Shown: in pieces, positions 52,701 to 59,464 of the stretch
How the letters are laid out: each line of letters starts with the position of its first letter
How positions within the stretch are numbered: the stretch's first letter is position 1
Source: an uncultured virus (IMG/VR IMGVR_UViG_3300034096_001156)
Lineage: Duplodnaviria > Heunggongvirae > Uroviricota > Caudoviricetes
IMG/VR virus record: IMGVR_UViG_3300034096_001156
DNA length: 64,000 nucleotides
Direction: 5' to 3' (one strand)
Made by a program: the position numbers and the translations under genes
Notes under the pieces: generated by a model
What the model saw: only the letters and a program-made list of their open reading frames with translations
Database searches by the model: none
Told to the model about the DNA's origin: nothing

Positions 52701-54132
52701 TAGAATAACTGAACGGGTTAATAGCGTTTACTACCTGCCGAAAAGCGTTAATTGCTGTATCTATGGTTTCTCCAGCAGCAAAATCAGGGGCAATCTCAGT
52801 TATTTTATCCCTAATCATTTTTTCTAAAAGATTAGGGTTTTGTTTATCAGTATCAGTTTCAGGATTTTCTACAGGAATAAATCGTTTATTAGGAGCTAAT
52901 AATTCAATTGATTGAACAACTTGTCTGCCACCCTGACCTCCCTTAAATTGCGCTCCTCCAATGACACTAACTACATCTTCCCCCTCTCTTAGTAATGGAA
53001 AACCTGCTTTTCTTTCGTTGTAATATTTTTGGCTTTCTACTGATGTTCTATAAGACCTCATCCCTTGTATAAATTTTAATAAAGGAGCCATTTCTTGAAT
53101 AAAAGAATTAACAAATCCTTTTAATACTTGTGTTTGTGGCTGTGCGTCAACTAAAAACTGAGCCATGGCTTTTTTCCCCGCTTCTCGCGGCTTAATACCA
53201 GGATTTTCCGATTCTATTTTTTGTAATACTTGTTGATAAATTTTATTTAACTCAGAATTTTCTTTAATTAATCTCAGACGCTCCAGTGGTTTATTTGCAG
53301 GCACTAATGCGATTTCTTGTAATTTTTGAAGTCTTTCTGTAGTTTTACCTACTTCGGTGCGAGGAAAAGAAGCTTGTGTAGCTTTTTCTATACTTCCTGA
53401 CCTAAAAAATTCCGATAAAAACGTTTCATATACTTGGTTTTTACCAATTAATTGTTCATCAATTTTTGTTATTGCGGATTTAATTTTTTTAGCTGTATTT
53501 TTAGCTGATGTTACGCCTATCTCTTCTGCAAAGGATTGACCTAGTTTCTCGAAATAACCAGTAACCATGTCATCAAGAACTCGTCCTGCAAGTTTAAAAG
53601 GAGACATTAAAATACGGCCAATTGCGCCTGCAACGCCTCCTTTGCTAGAGGATATTCTAATTTCTGACGATATTCGAGAAGTAGATCGATCAATCGCTTT
53701 CTCTACCCGATCTTGATACCCAGAAAACCGATGCTCAACAACAATTTTAGAAGGTGTTCCTATCTCTACTGAGGTTTTTTTTAATTCACGCAACTCTTGA
53801 TTAAGAGAAACTAATGCGTCATCTTCGGCAAATACTTTAATAGGATTTGCTTTATAAAAATCAACTGTTTTCTTGAGGTCAACTCTTTTTAAAAGTAAAT
53901 GACTGTTTAGCCCATAAAGCTGACGGTCATCGACGCTAACTTTAATTTTTAGTGGAGTCGTGCCAAGTTTAGTAACACGACGCTCTAAGGAAGAAAGCTG
54001 GTCTTTAGCCGATTTGATGCCGCTATCATATTGGGCTGTATTTAGCCCTAGACCGATTTCTAAAGTACCAAGTGATAAAGACATTAGCTTTTCTCCCCTA
54101 CTAATTGAATTATTTCGTCGTATAGTCCGCAA
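40669..54132 (-). CDS. giant multidomain tail tape-measure protein (start probably MSLSLGTL at 54084)
   Basis: Position after tail chaperones; TMP core QMASRTVVSVEEFTQQLSE; Gly-rich C-terminus; embedded enzyme motifs. Confidence 0.9.
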   Translation of the reverse strand: MRTIRRNNSISRGEKLMSLSLGTLEIGLGLNTAQYDSGIKSAKDQLSSLERRVTKLGTTPLKIKVSVDDRQLYGLNSHLLLKRVDLKKTVDFYKANPIKVFAEDDALVSLNQELRELKKTSVEIGTPSKIVVEHRFSGYQDRVEKAIDRSTSRISSEIRISSSKGGVAGAIGRILMSPFKLAGRVLDDMVTGYFEKLGQSFAEEIGVTSAKNTAKKIKSAITKIDEQLIGKNQVYETFLSEFFRSGSIEKATQASFPRTEVGKTTERLQKLQEIALVPANKPLERLRLIKENSELNKIYQQVLQKIESENPGIKPREAGKKAMAQFLVDAQPQTQVLKGFVNSFIQEMAPLLKFIQGMRSYRTSVESQKYYNERKAGFPLLREGEDVVSVIGGAQFKGGQGGRQVVQSIELLAPNKRFIPVENPETDTDKQNPNLLEKMIRDKITEIAPDFAAGETIDTAINAFRQVVNAINPFSYSTAAAQAIANTRLAEEQGKKGSVVSYSLGGADNLQYAQTAAYLGMQPRGLAMAYPFLNFTQNTPKGFNAALLSGDPLGFAKLLGIGVNTNQFHSIESNTPFGLSNHHQKHLFKEQPFLDLFYKTINAEQPDMTPGQQSKVVHAGDKLYEVLGSTLQLKSLKETGEFDKTLPYHRFLQEYSSGSPNVSVEGFIAKFFEGLRLISSFDTKELQPVSQALKSLMEPLIPFIAKKFRQGGANLPENPQDFAGYQKYQQEAKSINSALLEFKSGKLANIPSWYAGNLEPNEVKRRTEKIRTETIPWFTSEESTFGQTYTKKIVEAYKKIADVADEFIKTGGKLSQKTKDSIKTFEVDEFSGELTSFLNTRLDTSTLPKEEEVRQLQVTVPEIFLKKQSAILAYNKLLNAVGKEILPGISEIKKIGAGMSGAVALLSDNLVYKTDLDPIGATKIASEDEIKAYEKLQGRLSPLLYKAVPGQALITERTQGRPLKEILDRIARPYKEIQQKIQEANKALELAIDNKDATKIKELKVLTKELQSSAKKEHNRFNKAASILYRQVGQLGASLQEMGVVHNDLAAGNVFFAQGGITSIDLGNAKVDPTSSDKFNDKITTIQRAIIDSSYYGLMDPFKIIGAVQSGYSKPFATQVSDSNARQKSAIIPQKREINETLLSPVVTGEAIPLGSYTPTLLKQIVGDFSLPTKETVFAKIDTPEQKKEQPILDNQLQKLNDLAATAKSKLEDVLASRLGTPDKSGEIQHLSGNEDFAELLQLTLVRELKTASLLLSKAFRDTSLDVIKFGQVVYAVLKAIERPVMALPGAAIGKKAIQVGGTAAMGAAALHALPMGLDATVVNTMRDILAGAMSAGGREMIQAVATQMTQAFSGLPFGVGQQLTEAVVQLVTEITNGTISVLSQGGAVAGSALMAGEGVKKLLGAATSNVPKLISKEEQQKIEGKTQKALKAAKNKADSLITTEITPYFDERVFPVSNPIPANIKAINPEYYTVKQLRGLARNQGIDVPASGAGARKEEIWKSLTEKFNPDQLTRLLLTTKASDRTKLGKKELSGFQIASTEIPADFTKRIGIGIKNIGQEINTTKDIQSLERLYFQLEKVKKGITALRANPEFNTTNINKSLSGFLQSVDNLQTQILAKGGLESGKNLNKGLAKGLKDTSASDIAYQNALKIVDATNKGLGNASPSWKGEEAGENLIKGVAIGIEKGISSFDFRSLANEVVKGFESGLSLGDIEKIIQSYFDVNIPNLKDLAVEAKMMGWEGKPIDGLLEKKLSKFPLSKTFTPVEPPKNDIISYPTPTRLIESSLPSENALASASIRLKQLSNFYAGHKTAFANLQAILTQGIDPTFNQWSLRRDRFDFEKQVFKEPVAYSAINSFSEPIKGNDYYGDAEIMLDIAKIANRSTFTRGDSGAFWRNPSEIITNPLSSFTPDQYNRRPNEILEYLEVQTTGKIDPSDFLGINLGDIEEKYSIYGRKLIEVIASSLSAGVPVFAKNLEAISSIFSSEGRQSGLNYIKGLNIGLQNNNSEKYALDVAIGIIDATNKGLGNASPSKKAMKAMRFFYEGLALGARHIRFGLRLETQFDKEVSDFTFFVGMRSKEARKAILQAVKEMGLGRGERLAAINEIQGSMNTGIFASPRAFQVMKRATVIARPKTTREEILDDWNKKRDNIFNALDSIEKAGVSSGFTDGIVSGLKAVIAQADGFINFLSVGGKALRTLDQELNAATGGMVNLRKGAIAAIGGFALFKGAEFLLRPLFFAIDDIPFRIQQAVTDSLLAFTELQRIKLNLNLAGVGNVEQSLDALVARADRLGISFKESAIAYSKFKLLTTDSPLQAQADNIFEGFQEALSARQTNTQQQAESFRAIGQMASRTVVSVEEFTQQLSESGGLNDALNVAARSMGLTTAQFYQQASAGNLLVQDVLPRLAAEYKRMSAGGLSLSTGTLQSEISRFQNNTEQLQMQLGEKIGVVAYPALQALNAGLSTLNDNLGTVASVGAAGLLSVMGFLGKSVMQFAAAGRLGAVASAAMSASLQTAGVASLSTATAMGRLKVSINLATLAGIGLIKALIIPTAVITGIQFVYNALNAGSEELKQAVRTLEESKKALDAWQNKTDNSNRKGLTSFLPDMELSGGEKFFNVITLGIVYNSKWLMSLLELRQGLENIDKSLATGVGNLKEYQKTLSNFSGSKQFSSELQEIRNNLALVRAERTIASAKGNDRSVSKFNQREQDLMKQEQELINKKLGPVGSRITADLQQYEIALASLEQSFKNKDITDIAYKQRKIDLLTIIGQLKKAEQDYLQVLKDQEKEYRKLQVAFDLAIRTRANANFANEGNSLSRSIGLNQQFASGKINEFQFNVKVQEESLQTAKERIATLGNSANSISNTLNERLSKSANKVLSTYFKEDLEQLNVASFGEAIAENLLSPDAIQQIMDQYESDLKDNAALRAILNQAKEYATARRDILNTEKEIQQISREIIVERKKRQIQEKQASGEIVKAEQLANLANKTSSSQNISYGLEQTKINLAALYNQLALEQEKLVLNVDDPLAVKTAIANITQQIAETELSLRDQQEQIQNYYRNLDRQIIDFNRQIEDYRRQIEDAQLSAFKENRSLSESYSDLVRELDKNLLNAQNQLLDTTDRIRVQQVKNRLLIPGTSDAGKELGDIFLEFVQGQADLASRGRTFQSRTEEIETSYISTLRNIRNLQEQQQEAERNRLRTIEDIKRTQEDLNRTLADLIRQTNKELGFIPQSIKDIVTNLNTLPEPIKLINSELIAIPKNIKTSGEDLVKSIEETAEAIREAKEGLILPAPSNFIPAPVASGRFALGKIGRTGIGNGPHLHLAGQDAKGNVMSKARLMEFFSQVYVDGKPLSEQLDKITSGYGPRRRPVPGASENHLAFDFGFPQGTPLEFRGAASNARSFFTESGGNTVELTLPTGELLKFLHLDSIADLTSIKNARVNTPGNTQRRGMPNVPFASLIEGAARQVGIDPLLFAALIKKESSFHHMDPNHPTQIHESSAGAMGLSQLMPDTAKELGVNPLNPTENLIGGATYLAKMLERFNGNIELALSAYKAGPGNVRNGQLAKGTVKDVAIVMQYYQEFLRQFGRNQGGSPTPSISTPNPSPSVQQQITNRLPKNIQSVLVQEVGGKTVYSKNAQTPPASPASTIKVIIADLIAKEIASGKLSLKDAIAIKSPLVDPHGQLKANQVRTVEQLIQLMLEKSDNTATNVLIDRLGGLTRATELAKKEVYKNTTISRYLNIPGSGTPNISTAQDVTLAMQSLIKDQNPASQLAEQSLRQTRNFKYNNEIGGKIGNNSKVIGNVGLVNINGKEYIVTAYANINGNQLNNRTIITNATNAISQSIKDSTPNPSPVPLPTSVPVLQPPRVLTKEETKEGKGGPEFSSPPPIAQLPTLPNQNQDNFWDADLPPVPKDNPINFQSPNLPPVPDLPTGNLGAAADQIRNAETANQNAEEFSRRLEEQQNLNNALDRSMKFRRQQEEDARALERTLRDASENVADLTINSKGYLTVQEEINKSATEVSRQYRSQIESLQDQRRTLLLNAEAQQKYSDAIKEILGEFQRKGIALPPEFIKEMTDSIDALAKNAELAKKQVAILDQAIEQLGKNQGVATLEASFRKTRDTVRSIRDRLNDLTIQRTQLEFQSRPTLFDDSAILAERISLQKEKEELEDYLEPYKDLPQYADFVANIRSEWEKLAELRLERVALDASPNRGAAESFFSDIREGKGIGSAFSSLGLNIMTKFVEGITKPAIDALTSAIDGFTKPITQAFESLFNAIIGPVGNFFTNALNSIFKPAGNIFSSIFGGGGGGGLFNGLLSGITGIFSGGLGGLGSIGSLGSIGASSFASAPASAFSLGTGFSLFSDGGKVGDANVPIEKNIISAFQRERAMSGGRKPRLIVANEDELVLNPKETEAYLDYRNNAPIKNYANGGFVGGKPNYSTTSNNNSSNQSLVINNTNNVTVESRNDMGYSLNQLKERENTQNERTKKRFFG

Positions 54133-54533
54133 TCGACTATTATCTGAGTGGCGAAGACTGGCACTTGGCCAGCTTGCATAGCTTCTAACAGAATTTGAGC
54201 GGTTTCTTGATCAAGAAAATATTTTTTATTTTCTTTAAACTGGTAAGGCAGAAAATCACTAGGAAGACTTTGTGACTTAGAACCTTCTTTAGATTGTGCT
54301 ACTAGGTAGGCGTGAACCATGGCAGCAATCTGACTAACCGTACCTGATAGTGAATTAATTTCTTCACATTTGACTTTTTGAATCCCTGAATATTTTTTCA
54401 GGATTAACCAGTCTGGCCAATCTTCCCACTCCTCGATAGATAATCCCCATGCACACCATTTGTAATAGATTTCTTCCCAATTAATGGGGTTAGCAATTGC
54501 CTCTAACCGTGCATTAATTGCGTCATCTATTCG
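54084..54533 (-). CDS. tail assembly chaperone frameshift extension (gpT-like)
   Basis: -1 frame open from AAAAAAC (54539-54533) through ORF 54084-54320. Confidence 0.7.
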   Translation of the reverse strand, partial: RIDDAINARLEAIANPINWEEIYYKWCAWGLSIEEWEDWPDWLILKKYSGIQKVKCEEINSLSGTVSQIAAMVHAYLVAQSKEGSKSQSLPSDFLPYQFKENKKYFLDQETAQILLEAMQAGQVPVFATQIIVDCGLYDEIIQLVGEKS

Positions 54534-55312
54534 TTTTTTTCGTCGTCCTCCGTTGACTCTGATTCTGATTTTTCAGGCTCTGGTTTTTCAGTTTCTGGGT
54601 TTTGCCACTGGGTTATGTCTTGCCAGAGATAGTCTTGATAGAGTTTTACTACCATAAATTGAGACATATCATTAACGTCTTGTATGGTGAAATCAACAGA
54701 AGATTTATCTTTAAGTTTAACTACCCGTCGAGGACTACCTAGAAATTTAGCTAACAAGGCTTTATTGTAAGTTTCATAGGTTGTTTCCCGATCCTTAAAT
54801 AAAGCATTTAATTCATCGAGATAAGGCTCTACAAGTTCTATAGATTCTCTTGTTAGTTCTCTTGTTTTTTTACGGTTGCTTAAAATTGATTGCTGCACGA
54901 TAGCGGCGGTTTCTACTTTTTGTTCTACGCTGTCAGATTTTACCCCGTCAAGGGCATCAACCATGACCTGTTCAATTCGTTCTCGGATCGAACCGTCGTT
55001 AACTACTACTCCTTCAATTTCAGCAGTGGATAGTCCCGTTTTTTGCCCGATAGCTTTAATTTTCTCAAGATAAGCTTTGTCAGCTTTTTCCCGTGCCTCC
55101 AAGTATTTCTTGACTGTTTCATTTTCCTTTGGATTAATCCCGTACCTTTTTAAAAACTTGATACCAATCTCTTCATTTTCTTCTGTAACAATTGCGTCTA
55201 TCTTTTCCAATAAAGCATCATTGTCTTGAATGTAATAAATCCATTCTTTTTTTAAAGGGAAAAAGAATGTTTCATTAAACTTGAATTTACCTAATACGCT
55301 TAAATTCGCCAT
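54527..55312 (-). CDS. tail assembly chaperone (gpG-like)
   Basis: Between tail tube and TMP; acidic end with slippery A AAA AAC before stop. Confidence 0.7.
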   Translation of the reverse strand: MANLSVLGKFKFNETFFFPLKKEWIYYIQDNDALLEKIDAIVTEENEEIGIKFLKRYGINPKENETVKKYLEAREKADKAYLEKIKAIGQKTGLSTAEIEGVVVNDGSIRERIEQVMVDALDGVKSDSVEQKVETAAIVQQSILSNRKKTRELTRESIELVEPYLDELNALFKDRETTYETYNKALLAKFLGSPRRVVKLKDKSSVDFTIQDVNDMSQFMVVKLYQDYLWQDITQWQNPETEKPEPEKSESESTEDDEKNE

Positions 55313-55568
55313 TTATTTTTACCTTTTGATTTCTTTTTGCACTTTGTTCAGTATTGAGCCACAGAGGATCGAGGGTTACAGATACCTGTATTCTTTCTTG
55401 GTTTTTTGTTTCGTCTGGTGGTTCGATTAATATCTTTTCTTGTTGACTTATTTCTCGATCAAACGTACCGAAAGAAAACCAGAGGTAATTATTGATTATT
55501 CTAGAATTGACTAACATTACCTCTTGGTCTTCATCAACAAGGAGTTTAACTATTTTAATTGAGGTCAT
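55287..55568 (-). CDS. hypothetical protein
   Basis: Overlapping ORF in tail operon. Confidence 0.5.
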   Translation of the reverse strand: MTSIKIVKLLVDEDQEVMLVNSRIINNYLWFSFGTFDREISQQEKILIEPPDETKNQERIQVSVTLDPLWLNTEQSAKRNQKVKINGEFKRIR

Positions 55569-56286
55569 CAGCTACATTAGGAGAGAATGGCGACGTTGCC
55601 ATCGGTTTAATGTCAAACACATTGCCACTAATAGTTAGAGTTACGTTTCCTTGTAGGAAATTACCTTTTTCACCACTAACATTTTGGCTAACATTTGTCT
55701 GAAACCCTAAGCCGCCGCGCTGTCCCATATAGACAATTTCAAGGTAAATTCGATCACCTTTTTGCTCTGCGGCCTTTACGATTTCATATCCAGGATCACC
55801 AAATACAAGCGGACCCGATACCGACCCAGTACTCATGATTTCGGAGATAAATTTCTCCACCGCCATTTCACCGAGGACGGAATCAGTAACCTCGGTAGAA
55901 GAGGTGTCAACATTGAAGGTCTTCGCACTTAAGAAAGGAACCCAAGATTTAATTGTGCATTTTTGAGCGGGAGTAGCAAGGGTAGCACCAATTTTGGAAG
56001 GTTCGATCTGGATTGCTGTCTGGGTTGCTGTCGTCGTCTTTGTTCGGACGATCACGTAATCACCGGTAGTCCCAACGTAAATTAAAGTGCCAGCATATAA
56101 AAGGCGGCCAAAACCCCCAGTCGCTACGGTAAGAGTGGTATCACCTAAGACGATTGCACCACCTAAATCAGCTACTCGTGTGGGAGGTTCCTCTCCAAAT
56201 CCGTAAACACCAGAGATAAAAAATTGCGTATCACGGCTAGGGGTGAGGTTGTCACTCCGGTTCAACTCTAAAATCTGATTGGACAT
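55555..56286 (-). CDS. major tail tube protein
   Basis: Synteny; beta-rich; DPGYEIVKAA and VTLTISG motifs. Confidence 0.65.
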   Translation of the reverse strand: MSNQILELNRSDNLTPSRDTQFFISGVYGFGEEPPTRVADLGGAIVLGDTTLTVATGGFGRLLYAGTLIYVGTTGDYVIVRTKTTTATQTAIQIEPSKIGATLATPAQKCTIKSWVPFLSAKTFNVDTSSTEVTDSVLGEMAVEKFISEIMSTGSVSGPLVFGDPGYEIVKAAEQKGDRIYLEIVYMGQRGGLGFQTNVSQNVSGEKGNFLQGNVTLTISGNVFDIKPMATSPFSPNVADDLN

Positions 56287-56349
56287 TTCTGATCACTGAC
56301 TAAACTTTTCTAGTTACATTGTACTATAAAAGATTAGTAAATGTGTACT

Positions 56350-56799
56350 CTAGAAGCCTAAAAGCCTAGCAGTAGTGATTTTAAAGGTCACTTTTGGTCT
56401 GATAATCCCCTCAGAAGTTTTGGTATAGGGGGTTAGGCGCGGCTGATCTAGAAAATTCCAGTAGCGAGAAGATTTAAGTCTCTCGATCACCGGTGTTAAG
56501 GATTTCTCTAGATTGTACTGTTTCAAGGTAATGCAATAGTTATTTATGCCTACGGTATATCCTAGTAAATTTTCGTGATAAGGATTAGGCTCTCTTTGAA
56601 TAATCGCTTCGATGCCGCTATTAGGTTTTACTTTATAGTTAGGGGGTAATTCAGGAGGCTCTACCCAAATAGCATCAATTTCTTTTAAATTTTGCCCTGT
56701 AGGGCTTGTTATTTCGTATTTGCCTAAGTCAGTACCGATAAGTATCTTTAAATTGTTTCTAATACCTAATAAAATATCTCTTAATTCTGATTCACTCAT
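56350..56799 (-). CDS. putative tail terminator
   Basis: Synteny and size. Confidence 0.45.
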   Translation of the reverse strand: MSESELRDILLGIRNNLKILIGTDLGKYEITSPTGQNLKEIDAIWVEPPELPPNYKVKPNSGIEAIIQREPNPYHENLLGYTVGINNYCITLKQYNLEKSLTPVIERLKSSRYWNFLDQPRLTPYTKTSEGIIRPKVTFKITTARLLGF

Positions 56800-57190
56800 T
56801 TAATTTTTCCTTTAAGATTTCACTATAAGCCTCAATTGGATTATAGTCTTCTATAGCCGTGTCGATAAATGGGCGGGCGGGAACATCTGTCACCGTCCCA
56901 TCGTTACGCTCTATTTGATACCCTTCATGGACAAGAGCGGCATGATCAGCAGTGTAACCGATTACTTTATAAGTATCCGATACATCTTCAATAAATTGGC
57001 TATTTTTTAGCTCACCTGTATCTACAATGTCCCGAGGTGAGCCGACTACACTGCCATTTTTTCGTACGGTTTCCCGTGGCCAGTTCCATTTAGTATCTTC
57101 TATCTGAAAGTTAATCTCTTGGGCAAATTCGGACACCATTTCCCCAAAAGCTTCAGTAGCTAAGTCTTTTCCTAGATTCCAGTTAATCAT
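56792..57190 (-). CDS. HK97 gp10-like tail completion protein
   Basis: VDTGELKNS...YTADHA..VHEG...PARPF. Confidence 0.8.
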   Translation of the reverse strand: MINWNLGKDLATEAFGEMVSEFAQEINFQIEDTKWNWPRETVRKNGSVVGSPRDIVDTGELKNSQFIEDVSDTYKVIGYTADHAALVHEGYQIERNDGTVTDVPARPFIDTAIEDYNPIEAYSEILKEKLNE

Positions 57191-57225
57191 TAAAAAATAG
57201 CTGCAAGTTATCCTTGCAGCTATTA

Positions 57226-57322
57226 TATAGCGGTATGCAGTCGAATGAGGTATAGTGCAACAGGCTATGAGTCAGTCTAGGCAAGACTTTGTATGTATCT
57301 CACTTAAGCGAATACCGCTATA
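57226..57322. repeat. short MITE/REP-like inverted-repeat element
   Basis: TATAGCGGTAT ... ATACCGCTATA termini with inner TGAGGTATA/TGTATCTCA pairing. Confidence 0.65.
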
Positions 57323-57345
57323 GCATAATTACTCCCGTTGATTCA

Positions 57346-57576
57346 CTACTTTAGTTTAATAACTTGACCAGTCTCAACACATATAGCTTCAAAATGCAAT
57401 AACTTGTCTCGTCGATTGTAATACTCAAAAATTTTGGTAACATCATCTTCTGTATTTATATTGCAAGAATACTCTTGAAGTATTCCTTCTTTGTTGTATA
57501 TAATAGCCGCAGCGGTAAAAGTCTGGTGTTTAGGATTGCCATTTTTATCTTTTTCTGCAAAGTTTAAGTGAAACAT
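57346..57576 (-). CDS. hypothetical protein
   Basis: AAGG RBS; short ORF. Confidence 0.5.
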   Translation of the reverse strand: MFHLNFAEKDKNGNPKHQTFTAAAIIYNKEGILQEYSCNINTEDDVTKIFEYYNRRDKLLHFEAICVETGQVIKLK

Positions 57577-57630
57577 AATTACCTTTGTTGATTTGTGGTT
57601 AACAACTGATAATTGATAACTGATAACTGA

Positions 57631-58323
57631 CTAATTGTCGCAGACTACCCGAAAACCGAAAGAGTGGCTGCGGATGTCGCGGCGGTCGTAGTAGTAGCGA
57701 ATCGCGGAACGGCAGTCATCAGGATTGCATCCCCAGGAACCGCCCCGCAAATTATCATTCCCATTTTCTATCCAGGCACTGCCATCCGTCGGCGCACCAT
57801 CATAATTATCGTGCCAAGTATTGGCACACCATTCCCAGACATTACCACTCATGTCATAAAGCCCCCAAGCATTGGGCTTTTTCTGTCCCACAGGATGAGT
57901 TTCATCCTGAGAATTTCCATAATACCAAGCGTAATCTTTTAAGTAATCATCAAAATAATCTCCGAAATAATAGTCAGTAGTTGTCCCCGCACGACAAGCA
58001 TATTCCCATTCCGCTTCTGTAGGAAGACGATAATTTTTCCCGGTTAGCTGACTCAATTTCTGACAAAAGGCTATAGCGTCGTCATAACTGACTTGTTCCA
58101 CTGGATTTTGAAGATTATTTTTAAAGTAAGAAGGATTGATTCCCATCACCGCTTCATATTGTGCTTGAGTCACTGGATATTTGCCGATCGCAAAACTGTT
58201 TACTTTAACTTGGTGTTGAGGCGAGTCTACTATCGAAGCATCGCCTATGGTGAGCTTACCAGCTGGTAAGCTCACCATCTCTAGTGTTACTCTCTTGGGC
58301 AGGTTTTCAGTAAATTGGTTCAT
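57631..58323 (-). CDS. FGE-sulfatase (CLec-fold) domain protein
   Basis: YPVTQAQY, RLPTEAEWEYACRAG, NAWGLYDMSGNVWEW, RGGSW, GFRVV. Confidence 0.92.
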   Translation of the reverse strand: MNQFTENLPKRVTLEMVSLPAGKLTIGDASIVDSPQHQVKVNSFAIGKYPVTQAQYEAVMGINPSYFKNNLQNPVEQVSYDDAIAFCQKLSQLTGKNYRLPTEAEWEYACRAGTTTDYYFGDYFDDYLKDYAWYYGNSQDETHPVGQKKPNAWGLYDMSGNVWEWCANTWHDNYDGAPTDGSAWIENGNDNLRGGSWGCNPDDCRSAIRYYYDRRDIRSHSFGFRVVCDN

Positions 58324-58380
58324 TGTGAACTCCTTTGGTTTTTTGGTATATACCTATAATGACAGGTATATGTTTGTATG

Positions 58381-58587
58381 TCAAGGGTTTTTTTGTTTTT
58401 TTTTCAATCGATAACGACGACATCTTTCGGCGTTAGTCATTGAATCAGTGTGGGGGGGTTTTCCTGCTGGATTACCAGTAAAGTGGTAATTGCAGTCTTT
58501 ACAGCGATAACGCTGTTTTCCTGACACAGAGAACCCTTTTTTAGAGATTCTCTGTGATTGACACTTGGGACAATTAAAGAACTCCAT
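58381..58587 (-). CDS. IS1 InsA-like zinc-ribbon protein
   Basis: CPKCQS...KKG..SGKQRYRCKDC plus basic MTNAERCRRYR tail. Confidence 0.65.
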   Translation of the reverse strand: MEFFNCPKCQSQRISKKGFSVSGKQRYRCKDCNYHFTGNPAGKPPHTDSMTNAERCRRYRLKKKQKNP

Positions 58588-59242
58588 AATCTCCTAGTGT
58601 AAACATAGCCTCTATGTCTCCTTTTTTTGCTTTTGCTTTTGCTTCTGCTATTGCTTGACGATCTTTCTCATTCTGTTTTCTTGTTTTGTCGTCCATTTTA
58701 CGATAAGCTTTTTCAGCTTCTTTGAAACCTTTAAAAACCGAAACGCTACCCCATACTTCGGTCTGATAGCAATCTTGGAATAAACCAGATTGTAAATCTT
58801 TTTTAATTTTAAAGATAATTCTCTCGAAAATGGTGTCAGTAACAGCACCTTCAAAACCGACTACATAAAAGGATTTTCCGTTAACAGATAAATGTGCTAT
58901 ACAAGCGGCGCGTCCAGTATTGACACAGCCTAACGATTCCGAACCAACCACATAACTTAGGTGGCGAGATAACTTGTGCTGTAAAGACTGTTCTTTACTG
59001 GTCGTCGCTTGTTTTTTGACAGTCTTAACTTGATTGACATTGACTGTGACTTTATATGTCCGTAGTTTTTCCATATATTTTTCTGACCAAGCCTTAGCCG
59101 CTTCATAGCTACGGCGGTAAGATACTTTATCATCAGGAAAATAGCAAAACCATTTATCTTTATCGATACCAATACCTTTTTTAATTTCAACTTTTTCTGC
59201 TACTGCAACGTAGTGACCGGGTGCTTGTCTGTTAAATTTCAT
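58574..59242 (-). CDS. hypothetical protein
   Basis: Strong RBS and promoter cassette. Confidence 0.6.
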   Translation of the reverse strand: MKFNRQAPGHYVAVAEKVEIKKGIGIDKDKWFCYFPDDKVSYRRSYEAAKAWSEKYMEKLRTYKVTVNVNQVKTVKKQATTSKEQSLQHKLSRHLSYVVGSESLGCVNTGRAACIAHLSVNGKSFYVVGFEGAVTDTIFERIIFKIKKDLQSGLFQDCYQTEVWGSVSVFKGFKEAEKAYRKMDDKTRKQNEKDRQAIAEAKAKAKKGDIEAMFTLGDYGVL

Positions 59243-59464
59243 CGTGAACTCCTTTGTGTTTGTTTGTATATACCTACAATAACAGGTATATGTTTGTATG
59301 TCAAGTAGTTTGTCAAACTTTTTTATTATCTTTTTGTAGTTCGTAGATTTACCTATGGTTACACTGATCGCAGAACTGCCAAAAATCTCGGAAAATTAAG
59401 CCAATAAAGTAATCACACACTTTTTGACGATGACAACTGATAACCGATAACTGATAACTAGAAG

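Larger units (their letters stand above)
58321..59305 (-). promoter_or_regulatory. two copies (58321-58385, 59240-59305) of a promoter/RBS cassette with TATACCT-N8-AGGTATA palindrome
   Basis: Near-identical 65-bp direct repeat containing TTGACA and AGGAG. Confidence 0.75.

Noticed and set aside
41009..54181. Numerous + strand ORFs opposite the TMP
   Set aside because: Antisense shadows of a long ORF with no recognisable motifs; the same applies to those opposite the primase, helicase, capsid and J-like genes
57226..57322. Third tRNA
   Set aside because: Simple long inverted repeat with no cloverleaf or T-loop
58381..58587. IS1 element
   Set aside because: No InsB/DDE region or terminal inverted repeats seen
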